DNA of 64,000 bases, taken from contig CAWKMU010000003.1 in assembly GCA_963850905.1 (NCBI GenBank), positions 2,336,001 to 2,400,000 of the forward strand. Direction: 5' to 3'. This stretch comes from an uncultured Gemmatimonadales bacterium (lineage in GTDB: Bacteria > Gemmatimonadota > Gemmatimonadetes > Gemmatimonadales > Gemmatimonadaceae). Position numbers and translations under genes: made by a program. The first letter of the stretch is position 1. Every line of letters begins with the position of its first letter. The notes under the pieces were generated by a model, which had not been told where the DNA came from, made no database searches, and was given only the letters and a program-made list of their open reading frames with translations. Shown here one piece after another: positions 10,227-20,949 of this stretch.

Positions 10227-10698
10227 ATGGCCATTCAAATGTCGGGCGGCGGCGTGAAGGCCGAGCCGAACGTGACGCCAATGATCGACGTCATGCTCGT
10301 GCTGCTGATCATCTTCATGATCATCGTGCCCGCACTCAACGCTGGTTTCAAAGCACAGCCGCCTAACGGGAAAAACCTCAAGGCGCACCCCGAGGACAAC
10401 ACCGACCTGGTGTTGGGCATCGATGTGAACGGCGTGTACTACCTGAACAAAAAGCCGATCAAGAACGAAGATCTGCCGACGCTGCTCAAGTCAGATCTAT
10501 GCCACCCGCACTGAGGACAAGATCATGTACCTCAAGGCGGACAAGAACCTCGACTACGGCAAGATCGTGACGGCAATCGACATCGCATCGCACAACGGGG
10601 TGCGAGTGACCGGCATGATCACCGAGCAGACGCCAGGGACGCGGTCCATCGTCGCGGGTGACAACCCGATGGACCTCAGTAAGAAGGGAGGGTCCTAA
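10227..10698 (+). CDS. exbD: ExbD/TolR, with a frameshift near 10495
   Basis: EPNVTPMIDVMLVLLIIFM; continues in another frame as EDKIMYLKADKNLDYG to TAA 10698. Confidence 0.88.
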
Positions 10699-10700
10699 CC

Positions 10701-11147
10701 ATGGCAATGTCGACTGGCCAACGCGGCAGCCTCCAGAACGAACCGAACGTGACGCCGATGATCGACGTGCTGCTCGTGCTGTTGATCATCTTCATGATCA
10801 TCATCCCGTTGTCGCGAAAGGCGATCGACGTTCAGCTGCCGGACCCGACACCGCCGACCACGCCGCCGCCGAAGAACAACGACCAGATCGTGCTCGAGAT
10901 CCATCCGGGTGGCGTGATGGATATCAACAAGCAGCCCGTTACGAAGGACGGGTTGATGGCGAAGCTGCATGAAGTGTACGACCCACGGCCAGACAAGATC
11001 ATCTTCATCAAGGGTGATTCCGCCGTGAAGTTTCAGGACGTCATCCAGGCCATGGACGTCGCCCGTGGCGCCGGCGTGAAAGTGATCGGCGTTCCACCGA
11101 AGGAGGCAGAGGGCGCAGCTCCGGCGGCCGCTGCTCCGGGGCAGTAG
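10701..11147 (+). CDS. exbD: ExbD/TolR, second copy
   Basis: EPNVTPMIDVLLVLLIIFM...IKGDSAVKFQDV. Confidence 0.9.
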   Translation: MAMSTGQRGSLQNEPNVTPMIDVLLVLLIIFMIIIPLSRKAIDVQLPDPTPPTTPPPKNNDQIVLEIHPGGVMDINKQPVTKDGLMAKLHEVYDPRPDKIIFIKGDSAVKFQDVIQAMDVARGAGVKVIGVPPKEAEGAAPAAAAPGQ

Positions 11148-11166
11148 CGCTCGGCTGGAAACGACA

Positions 11167-11943
11167 GTGCCGGCGAGCCGAAGACGCTACCGGCCGCCGG
11201 TCGGATTTCCAACTGCGGAAGAAAGGCGAGGGCGGTGGCAGGCTCCGATCATTTCGATCGTCCTCCACGCCCTCGCCTTTTTCGCGTTGCTGATCCCGAC
11301 GGTGGCATCGGTGAAGCTCATAGCCGAGCGACGACAGTGGGGACTGCACGGCCTCGTTCTCGGTGGGGGTGGGGGTGCGCAGCCGGAGCGGGTTCAATAC
11401 GTGCGGGCCGCTGTGCCGGCCCGCGCGCCAACGACGCGTCCGGTCGTGCGGCCGCCGCCCAAGCCGAATCCGCCACCCGTCATCACGCCTCCGCAACCGG
11501 TGCCGCCACCGCCAGCACCCGTGTCGCCGCCCGCCCCCGACAGCACCGCGACGGGCGCCCCCGCCGGAACTGGTACGCCGAGCGCGGGACCCGGCAGCGG
11601 CGGCGGAACCGGTGCAGGCAAAGGTCCGGGCGTCGGTAACGGCAAAGGTCCAGGCACGGGCGGCGACCCGGCCGCGCGAAAGCTGGGAGCCGTGCCGCCG
11701 GAGACCATTGTCGCGGGGCTGGATGCGCCGAAAGACGCTCGGCCGCGACACCTCGTCGCCATCTTCATCGTGACATCGACCGGCGAAGCGAAACTCGTGT
11801 CATTCACCCAGACCAACAACGGCGGGCTCAATCGGCAACTGCGCGAAGAGTTCGAGCAGATGACGCGATCGCGATGGCAGCCGGCGGCCCTCGACGGCGT
11901 TTCGGTCCCGGACACAGTTCCCTACGTCGTGCAACTGCCCTAA
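11167..11943 (+). CDS. Pro/Gly-rich membrane-anchored TonB/TolA-like protein
   Basis: SIVLH TM motif, Pro-rich then Gly-rich linker, degenerate TonB-C-like end (WQPAALDG). Confidence 0.6.
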   Translation: MPASRRRYRPPVGFPTAEERRGRWQAPIISIVLHALAFFALLIPTVASVKLIAERRQWGLHGLVLGGGGGAQPERVQYVRAAVPARAPTTRPVVRPPPKPNPPPVITPPQPVPPPPAPVSPPAPDSTATGAPAGTGTPSAGPGSGGGTGAGKGPGVGNGKGPGTGGDPAARKLGAVPPETIVAGLDAPKDARPRHLVAIFIVTSTGEAKLVSFTQTNNGGLNRQLREEFEQMTRSRWQPAALDGVSVPDTVPYVVQLP

Positions 11944-12124
11944 AACGCCTAACTGGCAGCAGTTGCACCCTAGCCAAGGCTTCTAGCGGCGCATACGTTT
12001 CCTGCGCTCTGGCGGCTCCCCATGTGCGCGGCCCACGCCCGCCGGCGCACGAGATGGCCGCAGGACCCCGCCGAGGTGCCCTTCGTGAGAGGTGCGTCTC
12101 GGCCCGACCCGCCAGAGAGGCACA

Positions 12125-13671
12125 ATGCACAGCGTCGCCGCCTTGCCGGACGCCGCAGCATTGCAAAGCGCTGAACGCCACGAGTTCGTTCGGGCGATGA
12201 CGCTGACCGATGCGACGATGCTCGTGGCCGGCTCGATGATCGGCTCGGGGATCTTCATCGTGTCAGCCGACATCGGCCGCACGGTCGGATCGCCGTTCTG
12301 GCTGCTGATCGTCTGGTTGCTCACGGCCTTCATCACCGTGCTGGGCGCCCTCGCGTACGGGGAGCTCGCGGCGATGTTTCCCCGCGCCGGCGGCCAGTAC
12401 GTGTTCCTGCGCGAGTCGCTTGGGGCACTGCCCGGGTTCCTGTACGGGTGGACGTTGTTTCTCGTCATTCAGACCGGGACGATCGCGGCCGTCGCCGTGG
12501 CGGTTGGCAAGTTCCTTGGGGTGTTGATTCCGGCCATCGGTGCGGACCGGTACGCAGCCTTCCCGCATGCAGACATTGTCTTGGAGTCCTCGGCTGCCAC
12601 GCGCCGGCTGATGCCATGCAGCTCGGGCTTTCCCCACAACGCGTTGTTGCGATCGTTACGGTCTGGATCCTGACGTGGGTCAACTTGCGCGGAGTTCGGG
12701 AAGGGAAGATGGTCCAGACCACGATGACGACCATCAAGACCGCGGTACTCGCCTTGCTGGTCATCCTCGGACTCACGATCGGCAGACACGCCGAAGCCAT
12801 CGCGGCGAATTTTAGCGTCGGGACACTTCGTCGGGATCAGCGCGCTGACCCCGGCCTTTGTCCTCGCGTTCGGGGCTGGCCTCGTCGGCTCGCTCTTTTC
12901 GGCGGACGCCTGGAACAACGTGACCTTTGCTGCCGCCGAGGTGCAGAACCCGCGGCGCAACCTGCCGCTCGCGCTGGTCTTCGGCACCGGGGGAGTCACG
13001 CTGCTCTACGTACTGGCCAACGTGGCCTACCTCTGCATGCTCCCATTCCATGGGGATCCGCACGGCACGACGGTCTTGGCCCGCGGCATCCAGTACGCGA
13101 CTGAAGACCGGGTCGGCACCGCCGCGGTGGAAACGATTCTTGGCGGAGCCGGTGCTGCGGTCATGGCGGTCGCGATCATCGATCTCGTCCGTCGGGTGCG
13201 TCAACGGTCTCATTCTCGCCGGCGCGCGCGTGTTGTACGCCATGGCGCGCGACGGGCTCTTCTTCCGGCAGCACGGGCGCCCTCAACGCGCGTCAGGTGC
13301 CAGGCGCCGCGCTCGTCGTACAGGCCATCTGGACCTCGCTCTTGTGCCTCAGCGGGACCTACGGCCAGTTGCTCAACTACGTGATCTTCGCGGTGCTGAT
13401 CTTCTACGTCCTGACGACCATCGGTCTGTTCGTGCTGCGTCGGACGGAGCCGACCGCCGAACGCCCCTATCATGCGGTCGGCTACCCATACCTGCCTGCG
13501 CTCTATATCGTGCTCGCTGCCAGTGTGGCGACTGTCCTGCTGATCGCCGAGAAGACGCGAGCCCAGTCGGTCTCCGGGCTGGTGCTGGTTTTGATTGGCG
13601 TGCCAGTGTTTTATGCTTGGCGTGCACACAGTCGCGATCACAGCGACGCGGCATCTCTCGTCGCGCCGTAG
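12125..13671 (+). CDS. APC-family amino acid permease, several frameshifts
   Basis: GSMIGSGIF, YGELAAMFPRAGGQY, AAEVQNPRRNLP, GARVLYAMARDG, RPYHAVGYP spread across frames. Confidence 0.88.
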
Positions 13672-13703
13672 TCATCGCTTTCCACGGACCCTCTGACCTC
13701 ACT

Positions 13704-15883
13704 ATGCCCTCTTCGCAGTCTTTGCTCGCTCTGATCATTGCCCTCAGTGTTTTCACGCTCCTGGTCGCGGTGTGGCTCGCGCGATGGGTCCTCGCTCGCG
13801 AGCGCGGCAAGCCCGAGATGCAGCGGATTTCCGACGCCATCCAGCAGGGCGCGGAGGCGTTTCTCGCGCGCCAGTATCGCACGATCGCGGGTCTGGCGAT
13901 CGTCGTGGCCGTCTTGATCTACGTCGGCTACGCCTTCTTCCGTCGTGGAAACGCATCCGACCCGGTGAGCGACCCCAAGACGCTCGCGGCGTACTTTGCC
14001 GTTTCGTTCATCCTGGGCGCCTGAGCTCCGGCATCGCCGGATACGTTGGCATGTGGACGTCGATCCGCGCGAACATCCGCGTGGCGGCCGCGGCGATGTC
14101 GTCGCTCAACGGCGCGATGCAAACGGCGCTTCGTGGGGGTGCGGTTTCCGGCCTTTTCGTCGTCGCGATGTCGCTACTCGGGGTCGGCGGGCTCTTCGCC
14201 CTGCTCGCAGGCTTCGCCCCCGCGGGGGTGAGCTCGAATGAGTGGCTCCCGCGGATTCCCTTCCTGATCGTCGGCTACAGCTTCGGCGCCTCCTTCGTCG
14301 CGCTCTTCGCCCAGCTCGGCGGCGGCATCTACACCAAAGCTGCAGACGTGGGCGCCGATCTCGTCGGGAAGGTCGAGGCGGGCATCCCCGAGGACGATCC
14401 GCGCAATCCAGCCGTTGATCGCGGACCTCGTCGGCGACAACGTCGGAGACTGCGCCGGTCGCGGCGCGGACCTGTTCGAATCCACGGCGGCCGAGAACAT
14501 CGGCGCGATGATTCTTGGGGTGTACGCTCTTTGGTTATTTCGGCGTACCCGGGATCCTGTTTCCCCTGGTCGATCGGGGCGTTCGGCCTGATTGCCTCGA
14601 TCATTGGGGTCATGACGTGTCCGCACGCGCGAAGACGGCGACCCGATGCACGCGTTGAATCGCGGCTTCTACCTCACGGCCGTGCTGGGCCTCATTGGCT
14701 TCGCGATTGCGAGCCGGTGGCTGTTGGGCTCGCCGACACAGCCGGCGCCGGATGCGTGGTGGCACTTCCTGATCTGCGGCGTGATTGGACTCCTGACGTC
14801 GATCGCGTTCCTGCTCATCACGCAGTACTACACCGAATACGCGTACGCTCCGGTGAAGTCGATTGCGGAGGCCAGTCAAACCGGCCCCGCGACCAATATC
14901 ATCAGCGGCATTGCGGTCGGCATGGAGGCGACGGTGCTCCCGGTCCTCACGATTGGCGTCGCGATCGTGGTGAGTTATTACGTCGGTCGGGCGAGTGGCC
15001 TCACGGGCGCCCACGGCGAGTTGATCGGCGGTCTGTACGGCACCGCGATCGCCACCATGGGTATGCTCGAGTACCGCGGGCTACGTCCTGGCGATGGATA
15101 CATTCGGTCCGATCACCGACAACGCCGGCGGCATCATCGAGATGTCCCAGCAGCCGGAGTCGGTGCGCGCGATCACCGATCGGCTCGATGCGGTCGGCAA
15201 TACGACCAAGGCGTTGACCAAGGGGTACGCAATCGGATCGGCGGCACTCGCGGCGTTCCTGTTGTTTTCGGCCTATCTCAACGAGGTGTTCAACTACACC
15301 GGCCAGCACATCGAGGTGAACATCGCACGACCTGAGCTGTTCGTGGCCGGCTTGCTCGGCGCGATGCTGGTCTTCTGGTTCACCTCGCTCGCCATCAAGG
15401 CGGTTGGCCGTGCAGCCTTTTCCGTGATCAACGAGGTCCGGCGCCAGTTCAAGGAAAAGCCCGGTATCATGAAGGGCACCGACGCACCGGACTACGGCCG
15501 CTGCGTCGACATCGTGACGATCGGTGCCTTGAAGGAAATGGTGGCCCCTGGCGCGTTGGTGGTTGGCATGCCGATCGTCGTCGGGCTTGTGTTCCGGTAT
15601 CTGCGGGCTCGGTGCCGAAGCGGTCGCCGCCTTCCTCATGGTCGCGACGATCACCGGGATTCTCATGGCGATCTTTCTCAACACCGGCGGCGGTGCCTGG
15701 GATAACGCCAAGAAGTACATCGAGACCGGCGTGTATGGTGGCAAGCGCTCGGAGACGCACAAGGCGAGCGTGGTTGGCGACACCGTCGGCGATCCATTCA
15801 AGGACACCGCCGGTCCGTCGCTGCACGTTCTGATCAAGCTGTTGAGCACGATCACGCTCGTGCTGGCGCCGCTCTTCATCTAG
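13704..15883 (+). CDS. hppA: Membrane-bound pyrophosphatase, K+-independent H+-PPase type, several frameshifts
   Basis: [47 protein letters not shown] (Lys form), [14 protein letters not shown]. Confidence 0.93.
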
Positions 15884-15928
15884 GGCGACGCGAGCGATGG
15901 CGAAACCACACGACGGGGTGGGTGCAGG

Positions 15929-17516
15929 TTGACTGCTGTCTCGGGACCTCCGACAACTCGGCACTCATTGGCTGCGCAGCTGCGAAGCTGCAAATCCATC
16001 GACAAGCTGATCGCCGAATCGCAGACTCCCGAGCACCGGCTTCGGAAAAGCCTCGGCCCGTGGTCTCTGACCGCGCTGGGCATCGGCGCCGTCATCGGCT
16101 CCGGCATCTTCGTCCTCACTGGTACCGCGGCGGCCGGCGAGTACTTCAAGGCCCCATCGATCCTGCACGCGCAGGTGCTCGATATCGTCGTGAACTTCCT
16201 GCGGGGCGGCGGCGCGGCCCAGGTCCTCATGCATGGCCGGCCCGCGGCCGGCCCGTCGATCGCGATATCGTTCTTTCTCGTTGCCGTCGCCTGCAGCTTT
16301 GCCGGGTTGTGCTACGCCGAGCTCGCGTCGATGATCCCCATTGCCGGCAGCGCGTACACGTATTCCTACGCGACGCTCGGTGAGATCTGGGCCTGGATCA
16401 TTGGGTGGGATCTCATCCTCGAATACGTCGTGAGCAACGTTGTCGTCGCGATCAGCTTCAGCGCCTATACCAAGGCGCAGCTAGCGGCCTTCCACATCAA
16501 TCTTCCCGATCGCTGGTCCACTCCCGTCTGGGAGGCGGGGCACTTCACTGGGTCGATTTTCAATTTCCCGGCGTTCCTCATCGTTTTCCTTCTGACCGTG
16601 CTCCTGGTACGCGGCATCCGAGAGTCGGCCGAGGCGAACAACGTCATAGTGGCGATCAAGATCGGGGCGATCTTGGTCTTCCTTGTTGTCGGCGGTGCGC
16701 TCGTCAACCCAACGAACTGGCATCCCTTCGCCCCGAACGGATTTGGGGGCATTGTCACCGGTGGCGCGATAGTTTTCTTCACGTACATCGGATTCGATTC
16801 GGTATCCACGGCAGGCGAAGAGTCGCGCAACCCGCAGCGTGACCTGCCGTTCGGCATCATCGCGTCACTGATCGTGTGTACCGTCCTGTACGTGGGCGTC
16901 TCGGTCGTGCTGCTCGGCATGATGAAGTACACGACGTTCGTGTCGGGCGAGGCGGCCGACGCCCCGGTGGCCTACGCCCTGGCGGCGCTTGGGGCCAGTC
17001 GGTGGTCGCGGTCGATCATCGTGATCGGCGCGCTCATGGGCATGATCTCGTCGATCCTCGTCTTTCAGTACGGTCAGGCTCGCATCTCGGTATGCGATGT
17101 CGCGCGATGGGCTCTTCCCCAAGTTGTTTTCCGCCGTCCATCCGAAGTTCCAGACGCCCCACTGGTCGACGTGGGTGGCCGGACTCGCCGTCGGGCTCCC
17201 CGCCGGCATTTTCGCCGTCAGCGACGCCGCGGATCTCTCCAACATCGGCACCCTCTTCGCGTTCGTCCTGGTCTCACTCGGCGTGATTGTGCTGCGCCGG
17301 ACGCAACCCGACCGCCGCCGAGCATTCAAGGTGCCGCTGGTCCCCCTATTCCCGATCATCTCCATCGTGCTCTGCGGCGGGCTCATGACCGGCCTGACGG
17401 TGATCACATGGATCCGCTTCGTCGTCTGGCTGATCCTGGGACTGCTGATCTACTTCTTCTATAGCAGACATCGCAGCGAGTTTGCCCAAAGCAAGACGCT
17501 AGACGCTGGACGCTAG
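15929..17516 (+). CDS. APC-family (cationic amino acid transporter-like) permease, frameshift near 17090
   Basis: GAVIGSGIF, CYAELASMIPIAGSAY, YIGFDSVST, SNIGTLFAF; start approximate. Confidence 0.9.
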
Positions 17517-17531
17517 AGTAAAACAAACCTC

Positions 17532-17572
17532 GAGGGCCAGCCACGGCGCGTCGTGACTGGCCCTCTCTGTTT
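17532..17572 (+). terminator. Likely intrinsic terminator hairpin
   Basis: gagggccag...ctggccctc followed by tctgttt; related hairpin at 20371-20415. Confidence 0.6.
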
Positions 17573-17591
17573 CCGTCGCTCCCCAGAAAGC

Positions 17592-17729
17592 GGGCGGCAT
17601 GAATGCTGCCTCTACATGTCGGCCCGGTCGGCGCTGGATCCGAATTCGTCGACTGGCTCCGCTAACGCCGGGGCGCGCTCCGCAATCTCATGTCACCACC
17701 GACATGTAGGGGCGGCCTTCAGGCCGCCC
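17592..17729. repeat. Inverted pair of variant GTAG REPs
   Basis: gggcggcatgaatgctgcctCTACatgtcgg (17592-17622) versus ccgacatGTAGgggcggccttcaggccgccc (17699-17729). Confidence 0.7.
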
Positions 17730-17765
17730 ACATGCCGATGTAACGCCGCCCGCACCGTTGTTTGA

Positions 17766-18737
17766 TTATGGCCCCGTCGGCGCCACCTGGTGCACGTGTG
17801 CATGGCCGCCGGGTTTGATGCCCGCAGTTCGCAACGCCATCCGAACCGCGCCGCGCACCGGATCGATCTCGCGTGGGTCGAGTTGGGCGCCAGGCACGGC
17901 AGACTTGAGCCGGTGCTCGAGACGCGTCCGAAGCGGGGAGCGGCGCGCCAGTAGCCCACCCGCCAGCGCCACGGGCGCACTCGCCCGCTCGTCCGTGAAG
18001 AGCCGGCGTGCCAGCGCTACGACGTGCAGCACCAGCTCCTCCGTTGCGAAGCTCGCGATCGCGACCGCCCGAGCATCGCCGCTGTCGGCGCATTGCAGGA
18101 CTGCAGGGGCCAGCGAGGCCAGATCGGCCGGCGTCGCGCTGGCGGCCCATCCGATCAGGTCTTCGACAGACGACACCTCGGCCGCCGTCACCACCACGCC
18201 TGTGAGCGCCGTCTCGGGCTCACGCCCGTCCGCCGCCGCCGTGACGACGCTGAGCGCGCGTCTCCCGATCCACGCTCCGCTACCCTCGTCCCCGCAGACC
18301 GGGCCCCAGCCACCACAGCGCGCGACAGTGCCGGTGGGTCCACGACCGTAGGCTATCGATCCCGTGCCCGCAATGAGCAGAATGCCGGCGCTGTCGCCAA
18401 AGGCGTCCTCCAGTGCGACGACTGCATCGGGCTGTACCACGACCTCGTCAGCCAGCCCACGTGCGACCAGCGCACGCTCGAGCGCGTGACGCTCGGGCTC
18501 GCGGCCCACACCGGCCACGCCGACGGAGAGTACGGTCGGTGCAGTGCCGCCATGCTGCTCGGCAGCGGCGAGCGCGTCCGCCACCACGGTCGCGATCGCA
18601 GCCGCTGACCGCTCGACATCGCCAGGTCGGACGGCGCTCGGCCCGCCTTCCGCCGTCCCGACTGTCGTGCCGGTTTCATCCGCGACGACCGCCCGAGTCC
18701 GCGATCCTCCGCCGTCGACACCCACGACGATGCGCAT
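17766..18737 (-). CDS. BadF/BadG/BcrA/BcrD-family N-acetylglucosamine/N-acetylmuramate kinase
   Basis: VGVDGGGSRT, IAGTGSIAYG, RCGGWGPVCGDEGSG. Confidence 0.88.
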   Translation of the reverse strand: MRIVVGVDGGGSRTRAVVADETGTTVGTAEGGPSAVRPGDVERSAAAIATVVADALAAAEQHGGTAPTVLSVGVAGVGREPERHALERALVARGLADEVVVQPDAVVALEDAFGDSAGILLIAGTGSIAYGRGPTGTVARCGGWGPVCGDEGSGAWIGRRALSVVTAAADGREPETALTGVVVTAAEVSSVEDLIGWAASATPADLASLAPAVLQCADSGDARAVAIASFATEELVLHVVALARRLFTDERASAPVALAGGLLARRSPLRTRLEHRLKSAVPGAQLDPREIDPVRGAVRMALRTAGIKPGGHAHVHQVAPTGP

Positions 18738-20275
18738 CACGCGATTGCTCCACGAGTCGCGGCCGTCGCACGCTCTGGCGCCGGGTGTGTGAGCGACGAC
18801 AATACGCCTGCCGCCAGTGTGATCGACGTGCCGATCAGCACATACCACGGCCACGTGATCCGAGCCAATGGCGCCAACGCGGACGCGGTGGCTGGAATAG
18901 CGGCGGCGATCTGCCGTGCGAACACCACGAGCGACATGGCGCCGATGCCGACCGCCATCCCCGTGATCGCATCGCGCTGGGCGGCTCGCGGCCACCAGAG
19001 GCCCAGGAAAAATCCCCCAAGCAAGCCGCCATAGGTGAAGGATGCGATCGCAAGCGCGATGGCCACGACGGGCGTGCCCTGCTGTCGGTACAGCAGCGCG
19101 CCCGCGGTCAGCACCACGCCCCAACAGAGCGTGAAGAGTCGACCCGCGCGAAACGCCGCCGGGGAGTCGGGTGTCTGGCGAGTCAATGGGAGATACAGGT
19201 CATGGGTAGTGGCCGCGGCGAGCGAGTTGATCGCGCCTGAATGCGTGCTCATGGTGGTCGCGAGCACGGCTGCGACAATGAGCCCAACGAGTCCCGTTGG
19301 CATGCGGTTGAGAATGAATGTCGGAAAGATCTCATCGGGTGTGGCGAATGGTCGTCCCTGGTAGTATGCGAACAAGCCGACGCCGATGAGCAGGAATACG
19401 GCGAACTGCACAAACACGGCGATGCCGCTCCCGATCAGTGCGCGTCTCGCGTCTCGGAGGTTGGCTGCCGCCAGCAGGCGCTGCACGATCAGCTGGTCCG
19501 CCCCGTGCGAAGCCATTGCCAGGAATGCACCGCCAATCACGCCGGCCCAGAGCGTATACGGCCGATCGACGGTGAACGCCGGGTCGATGACACGCAGCTT
19601 GCCCACCGATGCCGCGTGGTGGAGAATCGTCGGCCAACCACCCGTCACGCTGTCGCCGAGGAGGACGACCGCCGCGGTCGCGCCGATGAGATAGACTCCA
19701 GTCTGCAGGACGTCCGTCCACACGACGGCCCGCATGCCCCCATGATAGGTGTAGATGACGGTCAGCACGCCAAGGACGCAGATGGCCACAGGTTTGACGT
19801 ATTCTGGCGCGACAGCCGATCGCAGGATGAGGCCAATGGGAATGGCTGTGGCGAACACGCGCACCGAATCTGCGAGCGCGCGCGTGACCATGAACACTAC
19901 GGACGCGAACCGTCGAGTACTGACGCCGAACCGCCGCTCGAGCAGCGCGTAGGCGGTGACGAGCTCCCCCTCGAAATAGCGAGGGAGGAGCGTGAAAGCG
20001 ACCACGATGCGTCCGAGGATGTATCCCGCCGCGACCTGCAGAAAAGTGAAATCTCCCAGGTACGCCAGGCTGGGAATACTGATGAACGTGATCGCACTGG
20101 TCTCGGTCGCCACCACCGAGACGAGGATGGCCCACCATGGGATCTCGCGGTCGGCGATGAAGTAGTCGCGGGCGTCGCGTTGCGAGCGGCCGAGCCGGAT
20201 GCCAAGCGCAGTCGTGCCGGCGAGATAAAGAACGACGATGACAGCGTCGAGCGGGTGAAAGACTGGTGGGTTCAC
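18737..20275 (-). CDS. Sodium:solute symporter, putative amino-sugar transporter
   Basis: SVVATETSAITFISIP, GGMRAVVWTD, HGADQLIVQRLL; stop overlaps the kinase start. Confidence 0.9.
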   Translation of the reverse strand: MNPPVFHPLDAVIVVLYLAGTTALGIRLGRSQRDARDYFIADREIPWWAILVSVVATETSAITFISIPSLAYLGDFTFLQVAAGYILGRIVVAFTLLPRYFEGELVTAYALLERRFGVSTRRFASVVFMVTRALADSVRVFATAIPIGLILRSAVAPEYVKPVAICVLGVLTVIYTYHGGMRAVVWTDVLQTGVYLIGATAAVVLLGDSVTGGWPTILHHAASVGKLRVIDPAFTVDRPYTLWAGVIGGAFLAMASHGADQLIVQRLLAAANLRDARRALIGSGIAVFVQFAVFLLIGVGLFAYYQGRPFATPDEIFPTFILNRMPTGLVGLIVAAVLATTMSTHSGAINSLAAATTHDLYLPLTRQTPDSPAAFRAGRLFTLCWGVVLTAGALLYRQQGTPVVAIALAIASFTYGGLLGGFFLGLWWPRAAQRDAITGMAVGIGAMSLVVFARQIAAAIPATASALAPLARITWPWYVLIGTSITLAAGVLSSLTHPAPERATAATRGAIA

Positions 20276-20325
20276 GCGCGGGGAAAATGGGGTGGGCGCG
20301 GCGATCGGAGAAGGGTGAATTGCAG

Positions 20326-20462
20326 AACGGCGGGCCGGGGCCTGCGCGATCGAGGCAGGAGACGACCAGAAACGAGCAAGGGCCAATCACAGTCGCTGCG
20401 ACTGGCCCTCTCGTTCTCTTTCCCCGACGCCCGTGACGCCGCCGGACCCCTGACCCGCCGTT
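20326..20462. repeat. Composite inverted-repeat element enclosing a hairpin
   Basis: aacggcggg (20326) / cccgccgtt (20454-20462); inner hairpin 20371-20415. Confidence 0.7.
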
Positions 20463-20468
20463 TAGGAC

Positions 20469-20864
20469 CTACGCAGAGAACGAACTCCCGCACCCACACC
20501 CACCAGTCGCACTCGGATTCTTGAACGTGAATCCGGATCCCTGCATGGATGAGACGTAGTCGATCGTGACGCCCTGGACGTACTGGGCCGAGAATGGGTC
20601 GACGAACACTTTGAAATCGCCCTGGTCGACGATGACGTCGTCCTCGGCGCTCTGATCTTCAATGAGCAAGCCGTATTTGAACCCGCTGCACCCGCCGGGC
20701 TGCACGCTCACGCGGAGCCCGCCAGTCTCGGGCGAGACACCCTCGGCCGCCATGAACCGCTGGACCTCGGTCTTCGCCACGGGCGTCAGCGTCAGCACGG
20801 CCGACTGCGTCTCGGGCACTGTCTGCGGCGTGGTCGGCGCGGTCGCCTGTTGGGTCGTGGCCAT
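20469..20864 (-). CDS. HesB/IscA/ErpA-family Fe-S carrier
   Basis: GGCSGFKY and NPSATGGCGCGSSF; AGGAGG RBS. Confidence 0.95.
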   Translation of the reverse strand: MATTQQATAPTTPQTVPETQSAVLTLTPVAKTEVQRFMAAEGVSPETGGLRVSVQPGGCSGFKYGLLIEDQSAEDDVIVDQGDFKVFVDPFSAQYVQGVTIDYVSSMQGSGFTFKNPSATGGCGCGSSFSA

Positions 20865-20949
20865 CAAATCCTCCTGGAAGTCTCTGTAAACTATCGTGTT
20901 ACTAACGTGCAATCAACCGAAAAGGTTCCGGGTCACGGGCGCCGGGCCG

